DNA of 64,000 nucleotides from a virus (IMGVR_UViG_3300032214_001486:40975-104974); one strand, 5' to 3'. Shown: positions 19,582-29,846, numbered from the stretch's first letter. A program made the numbers and translations. Notes: generated from the letters alone by a model not told the origin.

Positions 19582-20637
19582 TTAGGCGGGGCGCTTGGCC
19601 TTGTGGGCTTTCAGGGCGGCTTGTGCTGCTTGGTACTGCTGCGTAGCCGATTGTAATTGTTGCTCTAAAGCCCTATACTCTGTCATGCTTTTTTTGTGGC
19701 TCCTGTCCGGCCCCCCAACTCTATCCCAAGCCTTGAGTCTCCCGTGTAGTGCTGACCGGGTGCGGTCAAGCTCGCGGGCCTGCTCTTGGAGTCGCGTAAA
19801 CTCTGCCTCCCAAGCCGTGTTTGCCTCGGGTGCGGGGGACTCTACTCGTTTGGTCGGCAGCATTTCGCGTAAGCCTGGGAGTAAGACGGCGTTGAGCCAA
19901 TTTTGGGCTTCCGCCCGCGTCGGGTTGTCTTGTAGCTTCCCGCACAAAAAGGAATAGTTCATATTCCAATTAGAAAGGGTTGGGCCTCCGTACTTCCCTG
20001 GGGGGAGGGCTAAGTATGCGGTTTGCATCGCCACCACCTCGGGGTGCTTAGGTAGGGCCCCCCAGGCAGCATTTAGCCGGTCACGGTTGTACCGATCAAC
20101 GCCGGGGGGCAGCGGAGGCGGCCAATCGCTTGCGTCTGTCTGAGGCAAAAGCAAGGGGGCCGGGGCAGACCGGGTGTGCGCCCACCGGGGGCTAAGGGCA
20201 TTAGACACCAGCGCCCCGGCAAAACGGTCCCGTACCGCTTTGAGAATGACTTGATCTTTGAGTTGATTAGAGGGAGAGTAGATTAGGCTGGGGGGATAGT
20301 TGTCAAAGATTTTGATGATAACGGTGTCTGTGTATTCTGTCGGCTGGATAAACCGATCAGCAGGCACCGTTACTCCCGGTACTTTGCGATAAACGGTCAC
20401 GGGGCTACCGCTGTAAGTGTTGGGATGAAAGGGGGCTTGTGCGGGCAGATACCAGAGCTTCGTCTGCACGGCGGGAAGTGGGGCTGTCTCCAACCCAATT
20501 CCGCGGCGTCTTAGCTCTGTTTCAACCCAGCCGAGTAGAATGTCCTTGGGGGGAACAGTCTCCCAGCCTAATTTGTGGTCTATGTGTTTAGCGGCATTGG
20601 CAAGAACGTGGGCTAAGTACAATTTGCGCGTCGTCAT
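19582..20637 (-). CDS. hypothetical protein with C-terminal coiled coil
   Basis: Same 18-bp RBS/start element as the downstream gene (19562-19579, 20634-20651). Confidence 0.7.
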   Translation of the reverse strand: MTTRKLYLAHVLANAAKHIDHKLGWETVPPKDILLGWVETELRRRGIGLETAPLPAVQTKLWYLPAQAPFHPNTYSGSPVTVYRKVPGVTVPADRFIQPTEYTDTVIIKIFDNYPPSLIYSPSNQLKDQVILKAVRDRFAGALVSNALSPRWAHTRSAPAPLLLPQTDASDWPPPLPPGVDRYNRDRLNAAWGALPKHPEVVAMQTAYLALPPGKYGGPTLSNWNMNYSFLCGKLQDNPTRAEAQNWLNAVLLPGLREMLPTKRVESPAPEANTAWEAEFTRLQEQARELDRTRSALHGRLKAWDRVGGPDRSHKKSMTEYRALEQQLQSATQQYQAAQAALKAHKAKRPA

Positions 20638-20664
20638 GGTCGGTGTCCTCGGCGGGTTTGGGCC

Positions 20665-21255
20665 TTAGCGGCGTTGTCCGTTTTTGCGTTCCAGCGTCGG
20701 GTAGGGGGAGCGGGGGCCGAGCCAGCGCCCCGACGTGACCTCCCCTTCGGAGCCATCCCAGGTGCCCCCAAGGATCACGGCTGTACCCCCGATCTTTGCT
20801 TTGCCTGTGATGCGGGCGCGCCCGCCGACGTGGGCCTCTCCTGACACAATCGCGTGTCCGCCGACCTGAGCGACCCCTTTAACGGTTGCCCGCCCGCCAA
20901 CGTGCGCGTTATCAGCGACGATAGCTTGCCCGCCGACGTTGGCTTGATCGGTGACCCGAGCGTTGCCGTAGATTTGGGCCCGCTCCAACGCGCGAGCGTT
21001 GCCGTCAAGGGTTGCAGCCCCGTAGATTAGGGCTTCTCCCTGCGTGGTTGCGTTGCCCTTCACGGTGCCCCGTTCCCACACATGGCGGAAGCGGGAGATC
21101 CCTAATGCCCGGCGGATCTCCCGTTGAACCCAATAAAACCTACGGTATGCGTACTGCCACAACCGGGGGCGGCCGGCTAACTTCGCCCCCAGGGCTTCCC
21201 AGGCGCGCACGTCCCGGTCATCCTCGGGGGCGAACGGGGTTTTGATCGAAGGCAT
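20665..21255 (-). CDS. left-handed beta-helix protein, paralogous C-terminus to 14277..15392
   Basis: Hexapeptide repeats; same cap GGTWDGSEGxVxxGxWxGP. Confidence 0.8.
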   Translation of the reverse strand: MPSIKTPFAPEDDRDVRAWEALGAKLAGRPRLWQYAYRRFYWVQREIRRALGISRFRHVWERGTVKGNATTQGEALIYGAATLDGNARALERAQIYGNARVTDQANVGGQAIVADNAHVGGRATVKGVAQVGGHAIVSGEAHVGGRARITGKAKIGGTAVILGGTWDGSEGEVTSGRWLGPRSPYPTLERKNGQRR

Positions 21256-21303
21256 CCATCACCCTAAACAGCGTGAGCGAGCCTGCGAGGGCCAGCGCGG
21301 TAT

Positions 21304-21687
21304 TTAGCGAAGCCAAGCCCAGCCGGCTTCTGCGTTGCGCCAGCATAGCACAGGGCCGTTGGTGCTGATCCAAATTTCTTCTGTTGTCCCCCCGTTCTTG
21401 TCGGCCCAGGTATCGCAGCGGGCTTTGAGGCCGTCCAAGTATTCCGGGGTCAAGGCCGCTTTTAGCTCAGAGAACCGACCCTGACAGTCTCGGCAATAGA
21501 GGCGGCCGTCCTTTCGCCAAGTCAAAATCAAGCGGGCCATCTGCGGGGCGTGCGTTTCGACAATCTCCCGCGCCTTTGCCTCCACCGTTGGGCCGCTCAA
21601 TCCATGCTTACGGCTCATTTTCTGCGCGAGCAGTACAGCAGCGTTGGGCGCCACACCGAAGGAGACAAAGGGCTTGGGATCATACAT
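21304..21687 (-). CDS. hypothetical protein with leader-like segment and CxxC
   Basis: AREIVETHAPQMARLI; YCRDC. Confidence 0.6.
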   Translation of the reverse strand: MYDPKPFVSFGVAPNAAVLLAQKMSRKHGLSGPTVEAKAREIVETHAPQMARLILTWRKDGRLYCRDCQGRFSELKAALTPEYLDGLKARCDTWADKNGGTTEEIWISTNGPVLCWRNAEAGWAWLR

Positions 21688-21694
21688 TAGGCAC

Positions 21695-22165
21695 CTACGG
21701 GCCCACGGGGCCGGGGAGAGGGGCAGGGGCAGAGTCAGGAAGGGGGGATAGCCGCCCGCTATGCGGGTAGGACGCGGCGATCAGGACACCGGGGGGCGAG
21801 GGGAAGCTAAGCGGTTGATCGTGCAGAACGATCAAAACGCGGCTCTCAGCGAGATAACCGATACACCTCCCCTGGTAGCGCGTAATTGTGTCGATCACCC
21901 GGTCCACCGGGCTCGGCCGGTCATCGTCCCAGGCCAGCAGAAACCGGCTTTGATATTCGTGAATTCGTGAGATTGTGCGGATCGCGTGGTCCTTGTCTAC
22001 TTCAATCACGTCGCCCACATGGACGCCGTGAACCTCGGCGTTGAGGGCGTTTTCGCTAAAGAGCACCAGCACAAAGTTACCGTCTAAGCGCAGGCCGGGG
22101 AACACTTCACCCCCGCAATAGACGTTGACCTCGGCGTTTTCGCGGGGGGATACGGACTCAGACAT
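21695..22165 (-). CDS. hypothetical protein
   Basis: ATG at 22165 with GGAG RBS. Confidence 0.6.
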   Translation of the reverse strand: MSESVSPRENAEVNVYCGGEVFPGLRLDGNFVLVLFSENALNAEVHGVHVGDVIEVDKDHAIRTISRIHEYQSRFLLAWDDDRPSPVDRVIDTITRYQGRCIGYLAESRVLIVLHDQPLSFPSPPGVLIAASYPHSGRLSPLPDSAPAPLPGPVGP

Positions 22166-22233
22166 AACGTGCGCTCCGGGTATTGTCAAGCGACAATAGG
22201 TTAGTGTAAGGGGGCGAGCGGGGCAGGGCGGGA

Positions 22234-24048
22234 TCAAAGGCGCTTTGCGCGCAATACCTTGGGTTTAACCTTGCGGTTGGAGAGAACGGACACCCCGCGC
22301 CGCTTGCGCTCGGCCCGGACCAGACGCATACGGGCGGCTGCATCGGCGGTGTTCAACGGCTTGCCGATCTCCAAAATAATACCCTCGGCCAGCTTCACCC
22401 GGCGAATGGTGTTGGGGGCAAAGCTGGTCAAGCTACGCACGATGATCTGCATGACATTGTTCTGTCGGTTGATCTTGCGGGTTCTGTATCTATTGCGGCG
22501 TAGGTGGCGCTGTAGCGCGTCAATCGGCCATCGGGTAGCGTCGAAGATGACGCTACGGACGATCTTCTCGTTGTCCGGTAGCGGAGGCAGGTCGAGCGCC
22601 GCCTTGGGGTTGTGGCTCACCAGGGGTACACCCTTGGATAGCTCTTTGATCTTCCGCCAGACGCTCAGTGTCTCGGGCGAGGATTGGTGCTCAATCGTCG
22701 CGGTCCCGATATGCTGGGCCACCAGCGTCCGCTTGCGCTCCACAATATCAGTGATCCGGTCGTCTAAGGTGCCCTCGGCGTGCAGATACCAGATGGTCGT
22801 CGGCCGCTTCTGGCCCAACCGACGAATTCGATCTTCTGCCTGTTCCTCCGCAGCCGGGGTCCACCAGCGTTCCAAAAAGAGCAGGTTCGCGGCCCGCACC
22901 AGCGTAATGCCTTCCGCCGCGGCGCGGGAACCGATGAATACATCGACCTGCCCGGACTTGAAAGCATCGACTGACGCTTGCCGCTGTTCCGTGCTCGATG
23001 ACCCGTCAAGGCGGGTGTAGGTCACACCGAGCTTGGAGAGATACTGTCCCAAAAGGTCCAGTACGTCGGTGTATTGACCAAAGATGACGACGGGTTCGCC
23101 CTTCTTGATCATGCTGAGTGTCCAGGCAACGGCCGCAGGGATCTTCCCTCGCCCAATAATCCGCCGCAGATAGGTCAGCTTTGACAAGGGTTCCGACGAC
23201 GTGGCCCGCTCTGCCGCCGCTTCCACGTCAATCGGATCGTCCATGATTTTAGGCAGATAGGACTCCAACCACTGTTCGTACAGCGCGACGACCTCTCGAT
23301 ACTCGTGCAGGATCTCGTCGGGCACTTCAACGGTGAGCGTGATCCGCTTTTTCGGAGGAATGTCCGGGGCCACGTCCTCTAACAGCCGGCGCAGCATCGG
23401 CGGGCTCTCTGTTCCAAACAAGCCCCGCAGGACTTCCAATTCGTCTACGGTGTTGACCAGGGGAGTACCCGTCAGCAGCAGCATGTGATTAACGCTCTCT
23501 GCGACGGCTCCGACCGCCTGTGTCCGCTGAGCCTTTGGGTTCTTCGCATAATGCGCTTCGTCTGCGATCAGCAGCCGGTAGGTGTATTCGATGAATTCCT
23601 CCTGCCGCGAGGCGAGAACGTCCCAGGTGGTGATCGTTAGGTGGTGATTTCGCTCCAGCGGCGCGTTCACGTCCGCGGCGATCTGCACGCGGACGCCGGG
23701 TATCCACATTTCCGCTTCGTTTCGCCAGTTTTGGACAACGCTGGCAGGCACGACCGCCAGCGCGGGGCAGAGCTTTCGCACATTCTCTTTGATCGCGGTG
23801 AGCACTTGGCCGGTCTTGCCGCACCCCGGCGCGTCGGCCAGCAGTACCCGCCAGTTATGCTCGGCTAAGAAGTCCACCCCGTCGCGCTGAAACGGGCGCA
23901 GGGCGGGCGTCGGGGGCGGCGGCGGTCTGCGGGGCGGGGCCTTGGCCTTGCGCGGCGCTGGGATGCGCGCGTAGCCCGCGCTGCGCTTCTTGGGTACACG
24001 CACCCCGCTCGACCATGACTTTGCCTTTTTCAGCCTTGCCTTTTTCAC
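22234..24048 (-). CDS. SNF2-family (HARP/SMARCAL1-like) helicase, compact
   Basis: LRPFQ, DAPGCGKT, DEAH, LTGTP, EGITL, QAEDRIRRLGQ; GTG at 24048. Confidence 0.92.
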   Translation of the reverse strand: MKKARLKKAKSWSSGVRVPKKRSAGYARIPAPRKAKAPPRRPPPPPTPALRPFQRDGVDFLAEHNWRVLLADAPGCGKTGQVLTAIKENVRKLCPALAVVPASVVQNWRNEAEMWIPGVRVQIAADVNAPLERNHHLTITTWDVLASRQEEFIEYTYRLLIADEAHYAKNPKAQRTQAVGAVAESVNHMLLLTGTPLVNTVDELEVLRGLFGTESPPMLRRLLEDVAPDIPPKKRITLTVEVPDEILHEYREVVALYEQWLESYLPKIMDDPIDVEAAAERATSSEPLSKLTYLRRIIGRGKIPAAVAWTLSMIKKGEPVVIFGQYTDVLDLLGQYLSKLGVTYTRLDGSSSTEQRQASVDAFKSGQVDVFIGSRAAAEGITLVRAANLLFLERWWTPAAEEQAEDRIRRLGQKRPTTIWYLHAEGTLDDRITDIVERKRTLVAQHIGTATIEHQSSPETLSVWRKIKELSKGVPLVSHNPKAALDLPPLPDNEKIVRSVIFDATRWPIDALQRHLRRNRYRTRKINRQNNVMQIIVRSLTSFAPNTIRRVKLAEGIILEIGKPLNTADAAARMRLVRAERKRRGVSVLSNRKVKPKVLRAKRL

Positions 24049-24110
24049 GACAAACCCCCGACCAGAGTGTAACCCGGTCGGGGGCAAGGGGCATGGGGCG
24101 TGGGGGCGGG

Positions 24111-24437
24111 CTACCGACGCCGTGTGCTCAGGCTCGGGCCTTGCTGCCCGTCCAGGGTGAATATGTACTCGATCCCGCTCCACACAAGGTAGAACGCAGG
24201 AACCCCCCGGTAAACGCCGCGGTAGTAGCCTACATGCCAATCCGTTGTGATACGGAAATCTTTTCTGTACCCCAACTGATACTGTATCCAGGCCCATTCC
24301 TCGGGGCCGAGCGCCCGTGCGAAGGTCTGCCGGCTGACTTCCTCCCCCGTCTCTTTGAGGGCGGAAATATCCTCCTCGGTAGATCCAATACAATTGGTCA
24401 CAAAGCGGTATCGATCAGTGATGGGTGTCCGGGCCAC
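24111..24437 (-). CDS. small phage-type hypothetical protein
   Basis: FVTNCIGS...DWHVGYYRG...SGIEYIF. Confidence 0.7.
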   Translation of the reverse strand: MARTPITDRYRFVTNCIGSTEEDISALKETGEEVSRQTFARALGPEEWAWIQYQLGYRKDFRITTDWHVGYYRGVYRGVPAFYLVWSGIEYIFTLDGQQGPSLSTRRR

Positions 24438-24438
24438 G

Positions 24439-26337
24439 CTATGCGTCCTCGTCGGTATCGGGTTTAGACGCCAGCTTCTCCTGCACCAAAACGACCATCT
24501 GTTCTATGTCGCCGGTTCTGTTCACATAGTCAAGGCGCTGGCTATCTGCCCAACGGATTGCTTCGTAATGGGCATTTTTGTCCCGATGGGGTACAGGCAT
24601 AGCCCCAGGTAGCTCCTCCGCTACACGGTCGTAGGCTTCAACAAATTTTTCCAGGGGAGCAACACGACCTTGCGTGTAGTCGCGCGGGCAGCGACTTCCG
24701 ATTGCATCTAATAGCGGCCAGAAGCCCTGCTTTGTTTTTGCCTCTTTGGGTAAAGGTAAGTACCAGCCCCCATTAACGTAGAATATGTAGTTCTTTGTGG
24801 ATTTCAGTGCCTTGCTCACGTCTACGGGGGGATAGCTCTCGATCCAAGCCTGCATACGTTCTTTGATCTCCCGCAGGACTCGGGGCCGCCGCTCATTCCG
24901 CTCTTTTCGTTCCCGTTCTTCGCGTTCTTCGCGCTCCCTCCGCTCCACATTTTCTGGCATATTGTGGTATTTGCCATGTAAGTCCTCCACCGCCGCTTCT
25001 CGCACGGCGTATACACGCTCGCCGTACTTCTGCGCTTCGTCGTGACCCAAGTGTAGGTGATTTATGACAGCCGCAACAGGAACGGCCATAGAATAGGTCT
25101 GATCGAAGTAGATATTGGCTGCTGCATAGGGGTAGAAGCGATCTTCTTCCTTTAAGCCCCTCTGATCCCAGCCCCTTTGTTCCCACAGGGCTAACTTCCG
25201 CTTTGCTTCCCGATCTTCCCTGATCATCTTCTCGACTTTCAGCTTTCTTCCTCCTTCGCTGTCAGTAGCCAAATGCGTAGTACGCAAAAATACGTCTACG
25301 ATGCTACGGGCAAAGTCTGAGACAGAGCCTCGGCCGAGGATGATAGTGGGGTCTTGGCGTGCGAGGAAAGCCAACGCGCCCGTAACCGCTTGGGCATACT
25401 CAGGGGGCGGCTTAGCCGGATCATACTGTAGCTCTTTTTTCCCGTAAATATTCTTGGGGATCATGTACGGGTAGCCGAGCGTGAGTAGGTTCTGGTAGCC
25501 CTGCTCGGTCAGACCGATGGCCTCGGCGTCAGCCTCGACCTGACCACCAGACAAGATCGCCTTACGTCCCTTGGCTCTGGCGGCCTGCTCTGCGCGTTCC
25601 GCCTTCTCCGCGGCCCGTGCTTCGTTCAGGTTCAGCACGCCCTTGGGGTAAGTGACCCCATCGGGCTTCACAACGGCGTAATTGTCACGAATTCTCAGGT
25701 ATTTCGTCTTTATCTCCTCTGGTATGTATACGCTGGACTTCCGCATCTGCGCGTCCCAATAGGGGAAATCCCCGGTCAACGGGTGCGCGGGGTCGCCGAT
25801 ATGGAGCACCACCAATACAGGCAACGTGCCGCTCTGCACAATGGGCTTAGCCCCCGGCAGGAAGTCAAAAAGGTAAAGCCCCCTGTCTGTAAAGAGGGGC
25901 CGATAGCCCCGCTCGTATCCCTCCTCGACGATACGCCCAATTTCCGGCGGAACGGCGATATACCATTGGTTAGCGAAGGCTTCTTTGCAACCTAAACGCC
26001 CTATCGCTTCCGTATACCGCTCGATGGGGAAGTCGGGGTCGCCGCTGCCTTTTACATATTTCACTTCGCTTGTGTCAGCGAAAAAGTAGGGGTTAAAGTA
26101 GAATTCTCTACCCCCCGCGGTGCCGTACACCAAAAAGTCGCCCAGGTTAGGCTTCGTCTTGGCCTTCGTGAGCGGTGCGGGCGGGAACACACCCACGGGG
26201 GCTGTCATACCGATAATAACCCGCAAGACTACATCAAGGTTGTATAGGCCAAGCCGTTCAAGCCTGCCTCGGGCTGTGGCGAATACTCCCTCAAAGGTCA
26301 GTACCTTGGAGTAGACGTAGGTTACCTTGTCGGTCAT
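24439..26337 (-). CDS. hypothetical protein, paralogue of 26334..28325
   Basis: ATGA coupling at 26334-26337; GALAFLARQDP block. Confidence 0.7.
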   Translation of the reverse strand: MTDKVTYVYSKVLTFEGVFATARGRLERLGLYNLDVVLRVIIGMTAPVGVFPPAPLTKAKTKPNLGDFLVYGTAGGREFYFNPYFFADTSEVKYVKGSGDPDFPIERYTEAIGRLGCKEAFANQWYIAVPPEIGRIVEEGYERGYRPLFTDRGLYLFDFLPGAKPIVQSGTLPVLVVLHIGDPAHPLTGDFPYWDAQMRKSSVYIPEEIKTKYLRIRDNYAVVKPDGVTYPKGVLNLNEARAAEKAERAEQAARAKGRKAILSGGQVEADAEAIGLTEQGYQNLLTLGYPYMIPKNIYGKKELQYDPAKPPPEYAQAVTGALAFLARQDPTIILGRGSVSDFARSIVDVFLRTTHLATDSEGGRKLKVEKMIREDREAKRKLALWEQRGWDQRGLKEEDRFYPYAAANIYFDQTYSMAVPVAAVINHLHLGHDEAQKYGERVYAVREAAVEDLHGKYHNMPENVERREREEREERERKERNERRPRVLREIKERMQAWIESYPPVDVSKALKSTKNYIFYVNGGWYLPLPKEAKTKQGFWPLLDAIGSRCPRDYTQGRVAPLEKFVEAYDRVAEELPGAMPVPHRDKNAHYEAIRWADSQRLDYVNRTGDIEQMVVLVQEKLASKPDTDEDA

Positions 26338-28325
26338 TGGAAATCCTTGCGATTTAGGGTGGGAGGGATACCGAAGCGGGCGGGCCATTGGATCAAGGGT
26401 TCTTGATCCTGTAGGTGGTTTCGGTACATAAGGACGCGGTACATATCTTCTAACGCTGTGGGCTGATGCTCGCCCCGATAACTTCCCACAAGGAAGGACA
26501 CAACGCCATTCCTTTCGTCCCCCCGATCCCCCGTATAAGCGAAAAGCGGGTATTGCTGCATGAGTCTTTGATACCCCGCGATGAAATCGGAGAGGGGCAG
26601 ACCTAATTTCTCTGCGGGGGTATTGTAGGTTCTCACTCGGCGCCCCGTCCATTCCCCAATATCGTTTGTCCCAGCTTTGTGGATGACGTAATCCCCCCTC
26701 TCCTTTTCGCCCTCTAAGTAGTAAGGCTTCTCTCCGATAAACAGGATGGCCTCTAAGGGGCCTTTTTGGGCGCGGTTGAACGCCTTGCGTTGGGTCCATG
26801 AGGTTGCGTGTTGGGTGACGTACTCGGTCAGCTTCCGCAAACCCTCTTGGCGCAGGTCATCCAGAGCGTCCTTGTTTGCTTCGATCTTTGTCCGAATTTC
26901 AGTGTTTCGGGCTGTTTTTTGGGCTTGGATCTCACGCTCACGCTCACCCCGTTTACGCTGTTCCTCCTTTTGCCGCTTCCGCTCTATCCCCGCGGGGCTT
27001 GCATCGAATTCTCGTTGTGCTTCGTCCTCTGCTTGCTTCCTTGCGGCGTCTGCGTAGGCTTGGTACTCGTCCTTTTGTTTGTCGGACAGCCCGTAGGTAT
27101 TGAGCAAAAGGGCGGCGCTGTCCCAGGGTGTGTAGTAGAACGGGGCCCGGTCCCCGCTAAGAACGTAGCCTCGTTCCTTTGCTTCCTCCTGCTCTCTCTC
27201 TCGGTTTTGTAACTTCTGCTGTATGAATTTTGCGATCATACCGGGGTTACTCTCGGGAGAATACACGTCAGCCACGGGGTACAGACTCTTGATAATGCTT
27301 CTGGTCTGCTTGCCCGCGGTGCCGCCCGCAAAGGCGAGCACGGGGTTCTGTTCCGCAAGGTAAGCCAAGGCCCCCGCCACGGCATCCCAATCCGGGGTGT
27401 CTCCAAGGTGTATGTCGCCCTCTAAGCCAAACAGCACGCGCAGTCCGTGATCGGTCAAGTGCAGCTTTTTGGCCCACCGCTGCACATCTTCGTTCTCGGG
27501 GCCCTCCTCTTTCCAGGCTGCTCGCTCTTTGGTCCCCTCTTTTTTCTGTACGGCGAGGTTTTGCCAATCTTCTGGTGTCATGCCTTCGGGGTAGCGCACC
27601 CGCCACGGGCCGAGGACCGTTTCTAAGTCGATGATTGTTCCCTGCGTGTCCCGCACCGGCTCATACCCGTAATTAGCGATTTCCGCATAGTCTCTGTTGG
27701 CGTATACGGTGTGGCCCGCTTTGCTGGTCAATACTGCGATGACGGGGCCTATCCCGGCCTTATCCGCGGTGACCACGATGCGGGGGTAGTAAGCGTAAGG
27801 GTATATACTTATTCCGTACCCCAACTCGACGGCCTGGAGCAAGAAATTGGCGTAAGGCAAAAGCAGATAGAACGATACTTGACCCTCGGCCTTTGTGTGG
27901 GGCCTCACCCTGTCATACAAACCCCGGTGTGTAGCCTCAATCCACATATTCGCGGTGCCGTCACTCATAGCGGGCTTCTCTACCCGTTTCAGCCCGAAGG
28001 CAGACGGAAAGTACCGTACATCAAAGATCAAATCACGGTCTTTGTCAATAAACACGTTTTCTGCTACCGGCTTGACCTTGGGCTTAGGGTAGGGGGCGTC
28101 AGCATAGGTCTGATCTCCCTTGCGTTGTGCCATAGCGCGCGTGATCATCAAAGCGAGGTGGCTATCGTGCCCCATCACGCCTTGCCCCGACTTGTACCGC
28201 TTACGCAGAAACGCACCCAAGGGGGTGTTCTCCGGGCAAAGATCCAGTAGAGCTTGGAGGATGCGGTAAGGTGTAATCGGGGCGATATGTAGGGGCTTAG
28301 GCCACGGGTAGTCTACGCGCAGCAT
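26334..28325 (-). CDS. hypothetical protein, paralogue of 24439..26337
   Basis: GALAYLAEQNP block followed by coiled coil. Confidence 0.7.
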   Translation of the reverse strand: MLRVDYPWPKPLHIAPITPYRILQALLDLCPENTPLGAFLRKRYKSGQGVMGHDSHLALMITRAMAQRKGDQTYADAPYPKPKVKPVAENVFIDKDRDLIFDVRYFPSAFGLKRVEKPAMSDGTANMWIEATHRGLYDRVRPHTKAEGQVSFYLLLPYANFLLQAVELGYGISIYPYAYYPRIVVTADKAGIGPVIAVLTSKAGHTVYANRDYAEIANYGYEPVRDTQGTIIDLETVLGPWRVRYPEGMTPEDWQNLAVQKKEGTKERAAWKEEGPENEDVQRWAKKLHLTDHGLRVLFGLEGDIHLGDTPDWDAVAGALAYLAEQNPVLAFAGGTAGKQTRSIIKSLYPVADVYSPESNPGMIAKFIQQKLQNREREQEEAKERGYVLSGDRAPFYYTPWDSAALLLNTYGLSDKQKDEYQAYADAARKQAEDEAQREFDASPAGIERKRQKEEQRKRGEREREIQAQKTARNTEIRTKIEANKDALDDLRQEGLRKLTEYVTQHATSWTQRKAFNRAQKGPLEAILFIGEKPYYLEGEKERGDYVIHKAGTNDIGEWTGRRVRTYNTPAEKLGLPLSDFIAGYQRLMQQYPLFAYTGDRGDERNGVVSFLVGSYRGEHQPTALEDMYRVLMYRNHLQDQEPLIQWPARFGIPPTLNRKDFQ

Positions 28326-29243
28326 TTAGGGCTCCGTAGGCGGGAATTCGACGCGCCAAGCCTGGGTTGTGCCGACAGCGGCCTTCGCTTTGTGTGAGTT
28401 GGTGCCGGACTCTATCGTAACACCGACCAGATCCTTGTGGGCGCCGGCTATGACCCGTACCGTTGTGCCGATGGCGATGTTTTTGTCTTTCCCGTCCTCC
28501 CGCTTCAATTCATCCTTGCGTATCCAGCGGGTGTAGCCGAGCAAGGCTTCCAACCGCCGTTCTGCGTGCTCTGCGAAAGGCGGCTTCACCCGCATCGGTT
28601 TGATCGGACGGTAGTTAGCGACGAGGCGCAGAAATTCGGTGTCTCTGGACCCCAGGATTTCAGCGTTGACGCTCCGTACCCAGGCCCGATCTTCGTCCGA
28701 CATGCGGGGCATAGAGAGCATCGCCCGCGCCCCACGATCAAACCAGTCGGCTATCTTCTGCTCTGTCTCGTCTTGGCTCTGCTCGTCCTTCCGTACATAC
28801 AGGGTTTTCGCTACCCCTGCTTCGGTGACCCGTTTGAGGGCGCCGTCGCTGGTCAGCGCGATCAGCAGCCACTTCGCTTGGGTTTCGTCCATCCATTCCG
28901 GGTTCTTGCCCGACCGGATGATCGCCCGGACTTTGTGCTTGTCTCGGTCTGAGAACAGGGCGGGCAGCGTTGCCGGGGAGAATTCAAAGCTACGCCCGGC
29001 CTGCAAGGCAGGGCCGGGCGAGTAAAGGAACAGATCGTACACGTCGGCGTACTTGTCATCGAGCTTGTCTAAAGCGTGGGCCAGCCCTTCCTTTGCGTCA
29101 AGCCGATCTTCAACAAACTTATACAACCGGGTTCTATGCGTCTGCATCCAAGCAAGCAACCGCTGCGAGCGGTCGTCTTGCCGCGAGCTAAGCAGCTTTT
29201 GGACTTTTTCCAGCACACTATCGGGAGTCAAAGCAGCGGGCAT
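28326..29243 (-). CDS. hypothetical protein with leader-like N-terminus and C-terminal KOW/SH3-like motif
   Basis: RLLAWMQTHRTRLYKFV; IGTTVRVIAGAHKDLVG. Confidence 0.65.
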   Translation of the reverse strand: MPAALTPDSVLEKVQKLLSSRQDDRSQRLLAWMQTHRTRLYKFVEDRLDAKEGLAHALDKLDDKYADVYDLFLYSPGPALQAGRSFEFSPATLPALFSDRDKHKVRAIIRSGKNPEWMDETQAKWLLIALTSDGALKRVTEAGVAKTLYVRKDEQSQDETEQKIADWFDRGARAMLSMPRMSDEDRAWVRSVNAEILGSRDTEFLRLVANYRPIKPMRVKPPFAEHAERRLEALLGYTRWIRKDELKREDGKDKNIAIGTTVRVIAGAHKDLVGVTIESGTNSHKAKAAVGTTQAWRVEFPPTEP

Positions 29244-29272
29244 GGTGGCGGACCTCGATGGGCTTGGGGGGC

Positions 29273-29301
29273 AACGTAGCCCGACCCTTGCCGTTCGTCA
29301 A
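29273..29301 (-). promoter_or_regulatory. sigma70-like promoter
   Basis: TTGACG-N17-TACGTT. Confidence 0.6.
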
Positions 29302-29399
29302 GGGTAGTCGAACGCAATAATACCCGCCCATGATACCAGAAGGCACCGCGGGCGGGTAGGGGGATCGTCGGGCGCCGCGCTTAGCGGTTCATGTATTCG

Positions 29400-29846
29400 T
29401 TACCCGTTCCGGTACTTCTCCAGGGCCAAGCGAAGGCAGGGCATAACGCCCGGCGCGAGGGGATAGTGTGGCAAATCTTCCACCGCCACCCAGGCGAAAG
29501 CGTCGTGTTCGCCGTCCGCGAGAACAGTAGCTTGGCCGTTGTCGTAAGTCAAGTAGATGGCCCACGACCGTACTGTGCCGGCGTACCACAAGGCCCGAGG
29601 CCCCGAGGCCCCGATTTCCTCAGCCATTTCGCGCAGCGCCGCGGCCGGCGGCGCCTCCCCCCGCTTCACATGCCCACCGGGCAGGCCCCACAGCCCCGGC
29701 GCCCAGGGGGCGGTCTTTCCCCGCAGCAGAAGCAGTACCCGCAAGGGCGCGCCGCCCTGGACGATGACGACCAGGGCGGCGGTTGCGGCTGCGGGAGCCT
29801 GGGCGGCGGCTGCGGCAGCCTGGGCGGCGGCAGCCCTGGGGTTCAT
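29400..29846 (-). CDS. Nudix hydrolase
   Basis: WGLPGGHVKRGEAPPAAALREMAEEIG Nudix box; ATGA-coupled to the large SNF2 gene. Confidence 0.9.
   Translation of the reverse strand: MNPRAAAAQAAAAAAQAPAAATAALVVIVQGGAPLRVLLLLRGKTAPWAPGLWGLPGGHVKRGEAPPAAALREMAEEIGASGPRALWYAGTVRSWAIYLTYDNGQATVLADGEHDAFAWVAVEDLPHYPLAPGVMPCLRLALEKYRNG

Noticed and set aside
14277-21255. LpxA/LpxD-type acyltransferase function for the hexapeptide proteins
   Set aside because: Only the repeat scaffold is evident; no catalytic context or pathway neighbours.
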